Origin: Kiritimatiellia bacterium
Lineage (GTDB): Bacteria; Verrucomicrobiota; Kiritimatiellia; RFP12; UBA1067
NCBI GenBank assembly: GCA_050949565.1
Contig: JBMNFY010000010.1
Span: 352,611 to 416,610 of the forward strand
Direction: 5' to 3'
Length of the DNA: 64,000 nucleotides
Position numbers and translations under genes: made by a program. Position 1 is the stretch's first letter; the number at the start of each line of letters is the position of its first letter. The notes under the pieces are model-generated. The model was given only the letters and a program-made list of their open reading frames with translations, did not search any database and had not been told where the DNA came from. Below are positions 26,638-36,433 of this stretch, piece after piece.

Positions 26638-29520
26638 TCACGGCTTGGCTGGCGGCTGCAGATGGAACCAGCGGGTCTCGCCGCGTTTCATGGGGAAAGT
26701 CAGCCGGTCGGTGTCACGCGAGATCAGCTCACCGGTTGCCAAGTCGGTCACTTCGGAACGTTCCAGCAGGCGCACCTCTTTATTGCCGGGATAAAGCGCG
26801 TGGATGGTCAGGAAGTTCTGACTGCCGTAGACCGCGTTGCCCGCCGGTGCCGCAACCCATGCGCCGGCGTAGTGTGCTAGCGCGTTAAGGAAGAACTCGT
26901 TCATGGACACGCCGCCGAAAAACAAGCTTTTCCATTTCCCAAAGTCCTTGAACGCCACGGCGATCTGGCCATCCGCGTAGGCCGCGACGGGCTTGGCTTC
27001 CGGATCATCCACGGCGAAGACAGGGGCCTTGAGGTTGATCTGGTTGATCGGGGTTTCCATGATACCGTTGCCGGGCAGTGTGTGGAGCTGCAGGGACTGC
27101 TCTCCGCCGTTTTTGACGTGGATGCCGGTGATGCGCGTCACCGCGTCTGCCGCGTCTGTAGCCTCTGGGATGCTTCCCGCCACGATGCCCGGAGCATGCA
27201 CGAACGCGAGCATCCGGCCGTCACGCCGCAGCGATCGGATGGCGTTCCACTCCTTGTCCGAAAGATGGTAGGGATTGAGGAAGAGATAGAGCTTGTAGGG
27301 CGGCAGGCGGCGGTTGGCCACATCTTCCTGAAGATAGAGGTGATAGGGGACTCCGGATGAGTTGAGCAGCACGATTTGCCGGTTGATGCCCGCGTAGTCC
27401 AAATACGCCGCGTTGGCTGAGGCGACATGGTTGAGACTTCGCTCGTCGATAAAAACCGCCACGTCGGATTTCGGCAGGGCGGGGTTCTTCAGATCCGCGC
27501 GGAACCCGTTTACCGTCTCGGTGATCGTTCGCATGATGGCCGGGTCGCTGAACCATCCACCGCTCATGTCGTACCACCAGATGCCTTGACCTACGGCGAG
27601 CATGTGCCCGGCGTCGCGGCGGATCATCGCGCTGCTTTCCGCCTCGGTTTCTACGCGTGCAACGTGGTAATTGTTTTCCGGTGTGCCGGGATACGTTTTC
27701 CAGGAGCGGAAGTCAGCCTCGGAGAGTCCAAAGGTGTCGTGGAGGAGCAGCGATGACCATGCCTGATGGGCCTTGCCGGTTCCGCCGGGCCATCGAATCG
27801 CGTCATAGGTCAACACCGACGTTACATAGTTGAACATGTTTTTCTTCAACAGATAACCGGTGGCGCGGTGACTTATCACGCTCGCGGCTGGTCCTGCGTA
27901 ATAGGTTCCGATCAGGATGGGCGATTTGTGTGTGTCGCGCAGGATTTGACCGTACCCGGCGAGCGTGTCAATGGTTCCCTCGCTACGGAAAATTTTGTAG
28001 TCGACGATGTCCATGTCTTCGGGACGGTCCCAAAAGAACCGGTCGGTTCCAATCCGTTCGGGCACGGGAAATTCAGCCGTTTCGAAGGTCACATTCGGTT
28101 GACGCCAAGCCTTTTTCAGTTCGGTCTCTCTCCGGTATTTTGTCCGGAGCCAGTTCCGGAAGGCGCGCAGGGAGGCGGGGCTGTAGTCGCCGCACCGGTT
28201 CCCGTGGAAATCGTTCCACTGGAACATCTGGCCGTCGTTTCCTCCGATCACATGGTACCCGATCACCGCCTTGCCCGGAAGCGAATTCCGGATGTGCCCA
28301 GCGAACTGGCGGAGAACCTCTCCGGTGTCCTTCCGTAACCGCTCCGAGGCATATACGTAGCCGTAGCGCTCGATGTACGAGGATTTTTGGGCGTCCGGTT
28401 TCGGCGGCGGCACCTTGTCCCAGCGCAGGAAGTGCATGTTGACAATGGCCTTGTTGCCGTCCCAATCGGTCACGACATCCTCGAGGTTGTTTTCCGCGGC
28501 CCATTCCGAGTAGGGGTCGGTACACAGGTAAAACATGATGTACATGTTCGGATCCGCCCGGAGCACCCGCCACAACATCTCATCAACCTCGGAGAAGTCG
28601 GTCTGCCCCGGCCCTCTCCAGACCCCAAAGGGACCGTACACGCCGCGTCCCAGAATGTAAGGGATGAAGGTGACCTTTACGCCCGCCATGCCGAATTCCC
28701 GCACCTGGGAGTTTTGGGCGCGCCACGCGTTGCCGACGTAGAAATCGGGGAAGCTCTCTTTGCCGTCCAGAAAGAGGCGCGGCCGCTGACCCACCCGGCG
28801 GACTTCGGCGGTTGCGCGCGGTCTGGCCGCCACGATCTTCTTTGCCTCTTCGAGCGGCATCAGTGTTTCGGGCACAGGCCGTTCATACCGTGGCTTGTAG
28901 TCCTTTTTGTTTCCCAGTCGCGTCAGTTTGAGGTCGTCCATCAAGATATCGATGGCGTCTTGTGCGAAAACCAGACTGATGCGCACGCGGTCGATGTCCG
29001 GCCCGGTCGTGAAGGACATATCGAGTTTTTCCCACTGGCTTCCAGAGGAGAAAAACGGGCGGGTCGGCCCGAAGATGTTCGAATGGGATGCACCGGTTTT
29101 TTTTGAACTGGAGGGGCTGATCATAAAGTAGACGGCGGCGGCCGTGGTCGTCCCGTCTTTGGACTTGCGGTCCGAGTGGAGGGTGTTCAGCCAGGCGGAG
29201 ACCCGATAGGTGGTCGCGGTTTCGACCGGGATAGGCACGGTTTCCCACTGGACATACCCCTTCACATTGGTTTTTTCCACGCGTAGCGAACGCCCTTTTC
29301 CTGCTCCGGCTTCCAAGCGGATGGAGGCCTCCGCACCGCCCAGAGGTTTCGCGGTCCACAAATTGGCGGCTTCGACTTCTTCGAACCCCACTGAAAAGAG
29401 CGCGGGGGCGTCGTCTTCTATGCCCCTTTGCGGCTCGGGTCCCGCATACGCTACGCTGAACATCAAAAACGCTATCCACCTCACATTCCGAACGCACCGT
29501 TTCCTCCGACTCCGTATCAT
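26638..29520 (-). CDS. Secreted glycoside hydrolase (GH42/beta-galactosidase-like TIM barrel) with an N-terminal CBM-like domain
   Basis: Start ATG 29520 with GGAGG RBS; signal peptide; DYS...AFR.WL..KY....L..AW motif; WWYD..GGWF; C-terminal trimerisation-like domain; family assignment tentative. Confidence 0.7.
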   Translation of the reverse strand: MIRSRRKRCVRNVRWIAFLMFSVAYAGPEPQRGIEDDAPALFSVGFEEVEAANLWTAKPLGGAEASIRLEAGAGKGRSLRVEKTNVKGYVQWETVPIPVETATTYRVSAWLNTLHSDRKSKDGTTTAAAVYFMISPSSSKKTGASHSNIFGPTRPFFSSGSQWEKLDMSFTTGPDIDRVRISLVFAQDAIDILMDDLKLTRLGNKKDYKPRYERPVPETLMPLEEAKKIVAARPRATAEVRRVGQRPRLFLDGKESFPDFYVGNAWRAQNSQVREFGMAGVKVTFIPYILGRGVYGPFGVWRGPGQTDFSEVDEMLWRVLRADPNMYIMFYLCTDPYSEWAAENNLEDVVTDWDGNKAIVNMHFLRWDKVPPPKPDAQKSSYIERYGYVYASERLRKDTGEVLRQFAGHIRNSLPGKAVIGYHVIGGNDGQMFQWNDFHGNRCGDYSPASLRAFRNWLRTKYRRETELKKAWRQPNVTFETAEFPVPERIGTDRFFWDRPEDMDIVDYKIFRSEGTIDTLAGYGQILRDTHKSPILIGTYYAGPAASVISHRATGYLLKKNMFNYVTSVLTYDAIRWPGGTGKAHQAWSSLLLHDTFGLSEADFRSWKTYPGTPENNYHVARVETEAESSAMIRRDAGHMLAVGQGIWWYDMSGGWFSDPAIMRTITETVNGFRADLKNPALPKSDVAVFIDERSLNHVASANAAYLDYAGINRQIVLLNSSGVPYHLYLQEDVANRRLPPYKLYLFLNPYHLSDKEWNAIRSLRRDGRMLAFVHAPGIVAGSIPEATDAADAVTRITGIHVKNGGEQSLQLHTLPGNGIMETPINQINLKAPVFAVDDPEAKPVAAYADGQIAVAFKDFGKWKSLFFGGVSMNEFFLNALAHYAGAWVAAPAGNAVYGSQNFLTIHALYPGNKEVRLLERSEVTDLATGELISRDTDRLTFPMKRGETRWFHLQPPAKP

Positions 29521-29561
29521 CCGCTTGTCCTCCCTGATTCGTTTCACCAAGCTCCTTGCCT

Positions 29562-30836
29562 TCAAGCGTCTGGTGTCTTGCGCAGGTGGTTGGCAAGAGC
29601 CGCGCGGACGGCGGCGGTATCGAGCCGTTGTTGTTCTGGTGAGGCGTCGGTATCCAGCGCGGCGAGGGTGGCGCGGTGGGTCCGGTACAGGTCGCGTGCC
29701 CGACAGATCCAAGCCCACGGCACACCCACCAGTACACGCGCGCAGGGGTAGCGCTCGGCCAGAAACGCTCGGGGCATGAAGATTCGACTCAGTACCAGCC
29801 GGGCGCGTCCTAACAAACCAGCTTGGCGATAACTGAGCATCGTCGATTCCGCCCCGCGCTCTGACCCGTGCGGCAGGCGGGCGAGGGCGTGAAGCACGGC
29901 GTCACGCCAAGTTGCCTCGATTTGCGGTGCGCTGCTCGTCAAGGTGGCGGGCAGGGGTATGTCAAACAGATCCGCAACGAAACGCAAGATGAACGGGATA
30001 GCCGTTCCGGTTTGCCAGCGCGTGCCAGCGGCAGTGATCGCCTCGGGCGTGAGCGCATCGCCTCGTGTGCGCATGAGCAGCGCGATATCCAGATAGGAAC
30101 GCAGCGGAACCGCGAACAGATGGTGCAGCATGTGGTGTACAAGATGTGCGAGTTGATCGGGGACCGACAAGGCGAAGCAGGGAAAACCGTAGAGCCGTGT
30201 CGGTTCAACATGCCGCCATATCGCTGCCATATCCGCTTCTGGTGAGTCGGTCTCCCGCTCGCTGGAGACCGCCCAGTGCATTTCCACGGCGTAAGGGTAC
30301 TGGGGGTGGCGGTAACCTTGATCGTAGGCGAAGCGGCTGTGCAGGGTGTCTGCGGTGGCGGTGTAGCCAAGTTGCAGCATCACGGCATGGCTGCGGTCGC
30401 GCTGGTCGGTACGGATCAGCACGTCGATGTCAGTCATGCTTCGCAACACCGGATTCGCGTACACTGATTCGGCGAGCCAAGCGCCTTTCAACATGACCAG
30501 ATTCAGACCAGCGCGTTCGAAACCCGCCGCCATTTCGGCAAGCTGCCGCTGCCGCAGGGTCGAACGTTGTAGCTCTCGCAAGGTGCGCATGCGCCACGCG
30601 CCTGGCACGCTATCGGGCGGGGCGGCTGACGCAGCGAAATGTTCAGGGAAATGGGCGGTCAGCCACGGAAAGAGAAAGGTATCCACGCCTTGTTCGCATG
30701 CCGTGCGATAAAGCAGCGGCCACGGTGGCTCGTCTGCGCCGGTCGGCGGCGACCGGTCGTGCAGGGCGTCGCGCATGCACGCGACCAGCATGCGGAGCCT
30801 GCTCAACGGCGACATGGGTGTGGTTTCAAAATCCAT
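29562..30836 (-). CDS. Nucleotidyltransferase family protein (NTP_transf_5)
   Basis: LKGAWLA..VY...LRSMTDIDVLI, VEMHW, HL.HH, YLDIALL. Confidence 0.85.
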   Translation of the reverse strand: MDFETTPMSPLSRLRMLVACMRDALHDRSPPTGADEPPWPLLYRTACEQGVDTFLFPWLTAHFPEHFAASAAPPDSVPGAWRMRTLRELQRSTLRQRQLAEMAAGFERAGLNLVMLKGAWLAESVYANPVLRSMTDIDVLIRTDQRDRSHAVMLQLGYTATADTLHSRFAYDQGYRHPQYPYAVEMHWAVSSERETDSPEADMAAIWRHVEPTRLYGFPCFALSVPDQLAHLVHHMLHHLFAVPLRSYLDIALLMRTRGDALTPEAITAAGTRWQTGTAIPFILRFVADLFDIPLPATLTSSAPQIEATWRDAVLHALARLPHGSERGAESTMLSYRQAGLLGRARLVLSRIFMPRAFLAERYPCARVLVGVPWAWICRARDLYRTHRATLAALDTDASPEQQRLDTAAVRAALANHLRKTPDA

Positions 30837-30884
30837 GACGTAAGTGATACCACGAGATGCGGGGCAGGGCAAGTATCCATTCTG

Positions 30885-30960
30885 TGAACGCTGAACATCG
30901 AACGCCGAACGTCGAACTCAGAAGTGAAAAATCCCCAATCCCAAATCCTAAATCCTCAAT
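30885..30960. repeat. Heptamer arrays (TGAACGC, AAATCCC/T) in a divergent intergenic region
   Basis: tgaacgctgaacatcgaacgccgaacgtcgaac; aaatccccaatcccaaatcctaaatcctc. Confidence 0.7.
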
Positions 30961-31023
30961 GATAACTCTCGCAGGGTGATCGGCATTGCGGGAGCCGGGG
31001 GGTTCTGTTAATCTACAGGCCAC

Positions 31024-31524
31024 ATGTCCACGCTTCTTCATAGATGGGTACGGCGTGTCCGGTTGAGTCACCTGTCGGCTGTCATTGCCGGCCTTTGTCT
31101 GCCGCTTTTGGTCTGGTGGGCGGGCTGCTTGACTGCCCGTATCCGGCCGCCTGCCGGACGAACACCGGTGGTGATGACGATGGAGGTGACCGGGTACTGC
31201 AACTGCGGAGTTTGTTGTAGTTGGGAACGGAGTTGGTTTGGGCTGGGGCCTCCGGTGATCAGCAGCGGACCCAACAAGGGCAAGCCGAAGGAGGTCGGCA
31301 TCACGGCCAGCGGCACGCGTGCGGGTCGGGGTACGGTCGCGGCTGATACCTCGGTGTTGCCGTTCGGAACCATTGTGGAGGTGCCGGGTTACGGCTTTGG
31401 ACGTGTAGAGGACCGTGGCGGCGCGATCAAGGGTAACAAGCTTGATCTCTGGTTCCCTTCTCACGACGCAGCGTTGCGGTGGGGCCGCCAGAAGGGTGTG
31501 CGTGTGCGCGTGTGGAAGCCTTGA
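31024..31524 (+). CDS. 3D (Asp-Asp-Asp) domain protein, membrane-anchored
   Basis: VTGYC.C..CC, GITASG, VAAD..VLPFGT, VEDRGGAIKGNKLDLW. Confidence 0.88.
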   Translation: MSTLLHRWVRRVRLSHLSAVIAGLCLPLLVWWAGCLTARIRPPAGRTPVVMTMEVTGYCNCGVCCSWERSWFGLGPPVISSGPNKGKPKEVGITASGTRAGRGTVAADTSVLPFGTIVEVPGYGFGRVEDRGGAIKGNKLDLWFPSHDAALRWGRQKGVRVRVWKP

Positions 31525-31566
31525 GTTTTTTTGGAGTGAACGCATTTAACAGAGACCTGAATAGTT

Positions 31567-33333
31567 ATGAGTGACGAGAAGACTAAGTGTGATCGACTAA
31601 GTGTTGAGACTAAGTGTGAGGGGCCAAGTGTGGAGTCGGATACCAGTCGGCATTTCCTCAAGCAGTGGATCGCCGAGGATGTAGCGGCTGGACGGACTGG
31701 CGGACTGGTTGTGACGCGGTTTCCGCCGGAGCCCAACGGTTATATCCACATCGGACACGCCAAGGCGATCTGCATCGATTTCGGCATGGCGCAGGAGTTC
31801 GACGGGCGGTGCCACCTGCGCATGGACGATACCAATCCGTCAAAGGAGTCCGACGAGTACGTCGAGAGCATCAAACGCGACATCCGCTGGCTCGGGTTTG
31901 ATTGGGGCGAGTGGTTTTTTAGCGCGGCCGACCGCTTCGACACGATGTACGAGATTGCCGAAAACCTGATTCTTAGCGGACATGCGTATGTCTGCGAGTT
32001 GACGCAAGAGGAGTGGAAGGAGTACCGCGGTATCCCGACCGTTCCGGGCAAGGAGAGCCCGACGCGTAACCGTGCGCCCGAGGAGAATCTCGCGCTCTTC
32101 CGTCGCATGCGGGCTGGTGAGTTTCCTGACGGCTCGCTTTGTCTGCGGGCCAAGATCGATATGGCGTCGCCCAACATTCATTTCCGTGATCCAGTGCTCT
32201 ACCGCATCATGCATGTGCCGCACTATCATGCAGGCGATAAATGGTGCATCTATCCGATGTACGACTTCGCGCATCCGATCGAAGACGCGCTCGAAGGGGT
32301 GACCCACTCGATGTGTACGTTGGAGTTTGAAGTACACCGTCCGCTTTATGACTGGGTGGTTGATCGCATGGACGAAATGGGCATGCTGGTCGTGCGCAAC
32401 GGTGTCAAGATCCGTCCGCAACAGCGCGAGTTCGCGCGACTGAATCTTACTTACACGGTAATGAGCAAGCGCCGGTTACTGCAATTGGTCGAAGAGGGGC
32501 ATGTCAGCGGATGGGACGATCCGCGCATGCCGACGGTATGCGGGTTGCGGCGTCGCGGTTACACGCCGGAGGCGATTCGTGATTTTGGCGAGCGTATTGG
32601 CGTGTCCAAATACGAGAGCGAGACTGATGTGGCGCTGCTGGAGTACTGCCTGCGCGATGATCTCAACAAGCGTGCGCTGCGGCGTATGGCTGTGCTCGAT
32701 CCGGTCAAAGTCGTGATCGACAACTATCCCGAGGGGCAGGTAGAATACGTCGAAGTGCTGAACAATCCCGAAGATCCCGCAGCCGGCACACGTCAGGTGC
32801 CGTTCAGCCGGGAGGTGTATATCGAGCGTGAAGACTTTATGGAGGTGCCGGTGAAAAAGTTTTTCCGCATGGCACCCGGTCAGGAAGTGCGGTTGCGCGC
32901 CGCGTGTCTCTTCACCTGTACGCATGTCGTCAAAGATGACGCGGGCGTCGTGACCGAAATCCACGGCACCTATGACCCTGCTTCCAAAGGCGGCAACGCC
33001 GCCGACGGCCGCAAGATCAAGGGCACCATGCACTGGGTGTCGGCGGCGCATGCAGTGCCGTTCGAGGTGCGGCTCTACGACCGGCTCTTCACGGTGCCCA
33101 ACCCGATGGCGGATGACACACGCGACTTCACCGAGTTCTTGAATCCCGACTCGCTGACATGCGTGACCGCATGGGGTGAGCCGGTCTTGGCGCAAGCACA
33201 GCCGGGCGAGCGCTTCCAGTTTGAGCGCATTGGGTATTTCTGCGCCGATACCGAGGATTCCCGGCCCGGCAAGCCGGTTTTCAATCGCACGGTGCCCCTC
33301 AAAGATTCTTGGTCTAAAGCGGCCCAAAAATAA
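31567..33333 (+). CDS. glnS: Glutamine--tRNA ligase
   Basis: [64 protein letters not shown]. Confidence 0.97.
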   Translation: MSDEKTKCDRLSVETKCEGPSVESDTSRHFLKQWIAEDVAAGRTGGLVVTRFPPEPNGYIHIGHAKAICIDFGMAQEFDGRCHLRMDDTNPSKESDEYVESIKRDIRWLGFDWGEWFFSAADRFDTMYEIAENLILSGHAYVCELTQEEWKEYRGIPTVPGKESPTRNRAPEENLALFRRMRAGEFPDGSLCLRAKIDMASPNIHFRDPVLYRIMHVPHYHAGDKWCIYPMYDFAHPIEDALEGVTHSMCTLEFEVHRPLYDWVVDRMDEMGMLVVRNGVKIRPQQREFARLNLTYTVMSKRRLLQLVEEGHVSGWDDPRMPTVCGLRRRGYTPEAIRDFGERIGVSKYESETDVALLEYCLRDDLNKRALRRMAVLDPVKVVIDNYPEGQVEYVEVLNNPEDPAAGTRQVPFSREVYIEREDFMEVPVKKFFRMAPGQEVRLRAACLFTCTHVVKDDAGVVTEIHGTYDPASKGGNAADGRKIKGTMHWVSAAHAVPFEVRLYDRLFTVPNPMADDTRDFTEFLNPDSLTCVTAWGEPVLAQAQPGERFQFERIGYFCADTEDSRPGKPVFNRTVPLKDSWSKAAQK

Positions 33334-33346
33334 GGATGGACTTATT

Positions 33347-34231
33347 ATGCAGACGACAGTCAAAGTGAACGGACAGGTGATTTCGCGAGAGGCGATCCAG
33401 TTTGAATTGGAGCGACTGGTGCGCTTCTACGCTGAACACGGTATGTCTCAGGAGGAAATCAGGGAGCAGCTTCCTGATCTGGTGAAGAAGGCGACCGATC
33501 AGGCCATCGGTGCTAAACTGTTGATGGATGAGGCCGCCAGGCTTGACCTTCAGGTCACTGATGAGGATCTCGATGGAGAGGTGGCAAAGATTGTCGATCA
33601 GGTCGGCGGCGAGGAGGCCTTCCAGCGCGCGTTGCAGCAGCAGAACACATCCGTGAAGGTGTTCCGCGAACAGCTTAAGCGCGGTCGGCGCGTGGACAAG
33701 CTCATCGAGCAACTCGTTGCGGATATCGCCGATCCTACCGATGCCGAGGTCGAGATCTATTTTAACGAACACAAAGACGAATTCACCAAGGGCGAGCGCG
33801 TGCTTGCGCAGCACATTCTGATTTCGCCGGACGGCGACACGCAAGTATCTAAGGACGAAGCCCGCGCCAAAATTGCCGCGATTCGCGAACGCGTGCTGGC
33901 GGGCAAAGATTTTGCCGACGAGGCAGCCGCGCACTCCATGTGCCCCAGCGGCAAAGAGGGGGGCAGCCTCGGCTGGTTCAGTCGCGGCATGATGGTGCCG
34001 GAGTTTGACGAGGCCGCTTTTTCGATGAAGGTCGGGGACGTGAGCGATATCATCGAAACGCAGTTCGGCTACCATATCATCTACAAGACCGACCACGAGC
34101 CAGCCGGTGAAGCCGATCTTTCACAGGCAAGCGACAAGATCCGCGACCTGCTGCGTCATGCGCGTCGCGGTGAAAGAGTAGGTGCCTTGGTGAGCGAGCT
34201 GCGGGACAAAGCGAAAATCGAGTTCGTATAG
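33347..34231 (+). CDS. Parvulin-type peptidyl-prolyl isomerase (PpiC/SurA-like)
   Basis: AQHILI, FA..A..HS.CPS...GG.LG.F.RG.MVPEF..AAF, TQFGYHII. Confidence 0.92.
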   Translation: MQTTVKVNGQVISREAIQFELERLVRFYAEHGMSQEEIREQLPDLVKKATDQAIGAKLLMDEAARLDLQVTDEDLDGEVAKIVDQVGGEEAFQRALQQQNTSVKVFREQLKRGRRVDKLIEQLVADIADPTDAEVEIYFNEHKDEFTKGERVLAQHILISPDGDTQVSKDEARAKIAAIRERVLAGKDFADEAAAHSMCPSGKEGGSLGWFSRGMMVPEFDEAAFSMKVGDVSDIIETQFGYHIIYKTDHEPAGEADLSQASDKIRDLLRHARRGERVGALVSELRDKAKIEFV

Positions 34232-34283
34232 GCGAAAAGTCGCATTTACTTTGACAAGTGAGCGAAAAAAATGATCCTCCTAC

Positions 34284-34312
34284 TTGACATTCGTTCAAAG
34301 ATTCAGTCAAAT
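34284..34312 (+). promoter_or_regulatory. Putative promoter of the aroF leader
   Basis: Consensus TTGACA (34284-34289); weak -10 (TCAAAT) 17 nt downstream. Confidence 0.35.
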
Positions 34313-34326
34313 GGGAGCGCTTTCAG

Positions 34327-34401
34327 ATGAAAACCAACCGAATCAGTTTTTATTTTAGCACCTTTAGGTCGCCGGACACACGGTTCGGGTCGGCCCGTTG
34401 A
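34327..34401 (+). CDS. Phe/Tyr-rich attenuation leader peptide MKTNRISFYFSTFRSPDTRFGSAR
   Basis: GGAG RBS-like site upstream; 24-codon ORF with F-Y-F-x-x-F cluster; directly upstream of DAHP synthase and overlapping the antiterminator arm. Confidence 0.8.
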   Translation: MKTNRISFYFSTFRSPDTRFGSAR

Positions 34402-34472
34402 GCTATTGTGATTCGGGAATAGACTTTAAATGAACCGCGTGTCCGGCTGAAGGACCCGCGGTTTTTTGTTTT
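34371..34472 (+). terminator. Attenuator with mutually exclusive antiterminator and intrinsic terminator
   Basis: gccggacacacggttc (34371-34386) pairs with gaaccgcgtgtccggc (34432-34447, 1 mismatch); alternative hairpin aaccgcgtgtcc/ggacccgcggtt (34433-34463) followed by a T-tract. Confidence 0.85.
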
Positions 34473-34504
34473 CTAATTCTCCAATTCTCAACGAAAGAAA
34501 TAAC

Positions 34505-35530
34505 ATGATTATTGTTTTGAAACGGCACGCTTCAGAGACCGACATCGCGACCATCAGCGATCTGGTCTGTTCGTTGCGTTATCAGCCGCGCATCATCCGT
34601 GGCGTCGAGCAAACGGTGATCGCCTGTATCGGCGATGAACTCAGTAACCGCTCGCTTGAGGTGCTTAGTAGTCTGCCCGCAGTGGAATCGGTTTTCCCGG
34701 TGCAGAAAAAGTTCAAGCTGGTATCGCGTGAGTACCATCCCAATGATTCAGTGGTCAATGTGGGTGGAGTGTTGATCGGTGGTGGTAATATTCAGATCAT
34801 CGCTGGGCCTTGCGCGATTGAAAGTTACGACCAGTTGCGCGCTGCGGTGAAGGATCTCACGGCATGCGGCATGAAAATCATTCGTGCCATGCCGTTCAAG
34901 CCGCGTACTTCACCCTATGATTTCCAAGGGCTGAAACTCGACGGCGTCAAGATCATGCGCGATGTGAAGGCGGAATTCAACGTCGCCATGGTGGCCGAAG
35001 TGCCGGGACCGGCGCAGATTGAGATGATGCGCGACGTGGCCGACATGTTTCAGGTCGGAGCGCGCAACGCGCAGAATTACGATCTGCTGGAACATCTCGC
35101 GCACGCCGGCCGGCCGGTCTTGCTCAAACGCGGCATGGCCAGTACGGTCGAGGAATGGCTGACCGCAGCGGAATATCTGGTGGTCAATGGTTGTCCGCAA
35201 GTGGTGCTTTGCGAGCGCGGGCTCCGTTCGTTCGACAAGGCGACGCGCAATCTGCTGGATCTCGGAGCCGTGGCGGTTGCTCGTCAGCTTTCGCATTTGC
35301 CGGTGGTCGTGGATCCCAGTCACGCCGCTGGCGTGCGTAACCTGGTTCCGGCTTTGGCACGGGCAGGGCTGGCGGCGGGTGCGGACGGTCTTCTCATCGA
35401 AGCGCATCCCGATCCAGTGAATGCCTTCAGCGACGCCCCGCAGCAACTTGAATCCGCGTCCTTCGGCGAGTTCCTCAAGGAACTAGAACCGTGGATCGAG
35501 TTGGCGAAAGCCACACGTAAACGGGTTTGA
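34505..35530 (+). CDS. aroF: 3-deoxy-7-phosphoheptulonate (DAHP) synthase, type I-beta with N-terminal regulatory domain
   Basis: IAGPCAIES, FKPRTSPYDFQG, QVGARN.QN, LLKRG, LCERG, VDPSHA.G, GADGLLIE.HP.P..A.SD. Confidence 0.95.
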   Translation: MIIVLKRHASETDIATISDLVCSLRYQPRIIRGVEQTVIACIGDELSNRSLEVLSSLPAVESVFPVQKKFKLVSREYHPNDSVVNVGGVLIGGGNIQIIAGPCAIESYDQLRAAVKDLTACGMKIIRAMPFKPRTSPYDFQGLKLDGVKIMRDVKAEFNVAMVAEVPGPAQIEMMRDVADMFQVGARNAQNYDLLEHLAHAGRPVLLKRGMASTVEEWLTAAEYLVVNGCPQVVLCERGLRSFDKATRNLLDLGAVAVARQLSHLPVVVDPSHAAGVRNLVPALARAGLAAGADGLLIEAHPDPVNAFSDAPQQLESASFGEFLKELEPWIELAKATRKRV

Positions 35531-35565
35531 ATCAGGAGACGCTGAACCAACAAAGACGCGCGTTT

Positions 35566-36414
35566 ATGGATATTCCCGTTCTTTATCTCGGTCCGGAGGG
35601 CACGCATTCGCACGAGGCCGCGTTGCGGCACTTCGGCAGGCGGTGCCGGCTGTTGCCGTGCCTCTCGCACTTTGACGTGGTCGACCGGCTTTGCGCACGG
35701 TCTGCGCGACCGCGACCATTGGCGGTCATGCCGGTCGAGAATTCGAGCGAGGGTCCGGTTACGCAGACGCTGGATGTGTTCCCCGCGCATCCGGAGATTG
35801 CGATCCTCGAAGGCTTTTCAATGCCGGTCCGCCATCATCTGCTGGCGGATCGCGCATTGAGGCGACCAGAAGCAATCGAGCGTGTCTACAGTCATCCGCA
35901 GGCATTGGGGCAGTGTCGTGCCGCGTTGCGTAAGCTGGTGCCGCAGGCCGAGTTGCTCGCCGAGTCCAGCACAGCCGCTGCGGCGCGGCGTGTGGCAACC
36001 GAGTCTGGCAGCGCGGCGGTGGCCACATTGGCGGCCGCACGCGTTTACCGCCTGGCTGTGATTGCCCGCGATCTACAGGATAGTGCTGCAAACGTCACGC
36101 GCTTTTTCGTGATGCGGGCCAGCCGACGGAATCCGCAGTCGATCGTGTCGCGTACCGCCGAAATGCGCTCCCTGCTCTATCTGGTGCTCGGTAACCGTCC
36201 CGGCGCACTTCTGCGCGCGCTTGCGCCGTTCGATGCCGCCGGGCTCAACCTGACCTTTATCCAGAGCCGACCGTTGCCGGGACGGCCGTGGGAGTATGGT
36301 TTTTTTATCGAAGCGGCTACCGACTGGAAAACACCCGCTGCCGAGGCCGCCTGGCGTTTAGTGTTGGCACTGGCAGAATCAGGGCGTAAACTAGGCACCT
36401 ATTCGGTCAAATAA
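35566..36414 (+). CDS. pheA: Prephenate dehydratase with ACT domain
   Basis: YLGPEGT.S..AA, PVENS.EG.V, YSHPQALGQC, STA.AA, N.TRF, NLT.IQSRP. Confidence 0.9.
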   Translation: MDIPVLYLGPEGTHSHEAALRHFGRRCRLLPCLSHFDVVDRLCARSARPRPLAVMPVENSSEGPVTQTLDVFPAHPEIAILEGFSMPVRHHLLADRALRRPEAIERVYSHPQALGQCRAALRKLVPQAELLAESSTAAAARRVATESGSAAVATLAAARVYRLAVIARDLQDSAANVTRFFVMRASRRNPQSIVSRTAEMRSLLYLVLGNRPGALLRALAPFDAAGLNLTFIQSRPLPGRPWEYGFFIEAATDWKTPAAEAAWRLVLALAESGRKLGTYSVK

Positions 36415-36433
36415 TCCTTAGCACACCAGATAC

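Noticed and set aside
29521-29718. Upstream extension of the 1026-aa ORF overlapping the nucleotidyltransferase gene
   Set aside because: A strong GGAGG RBS and signal peptide support the start at 29520
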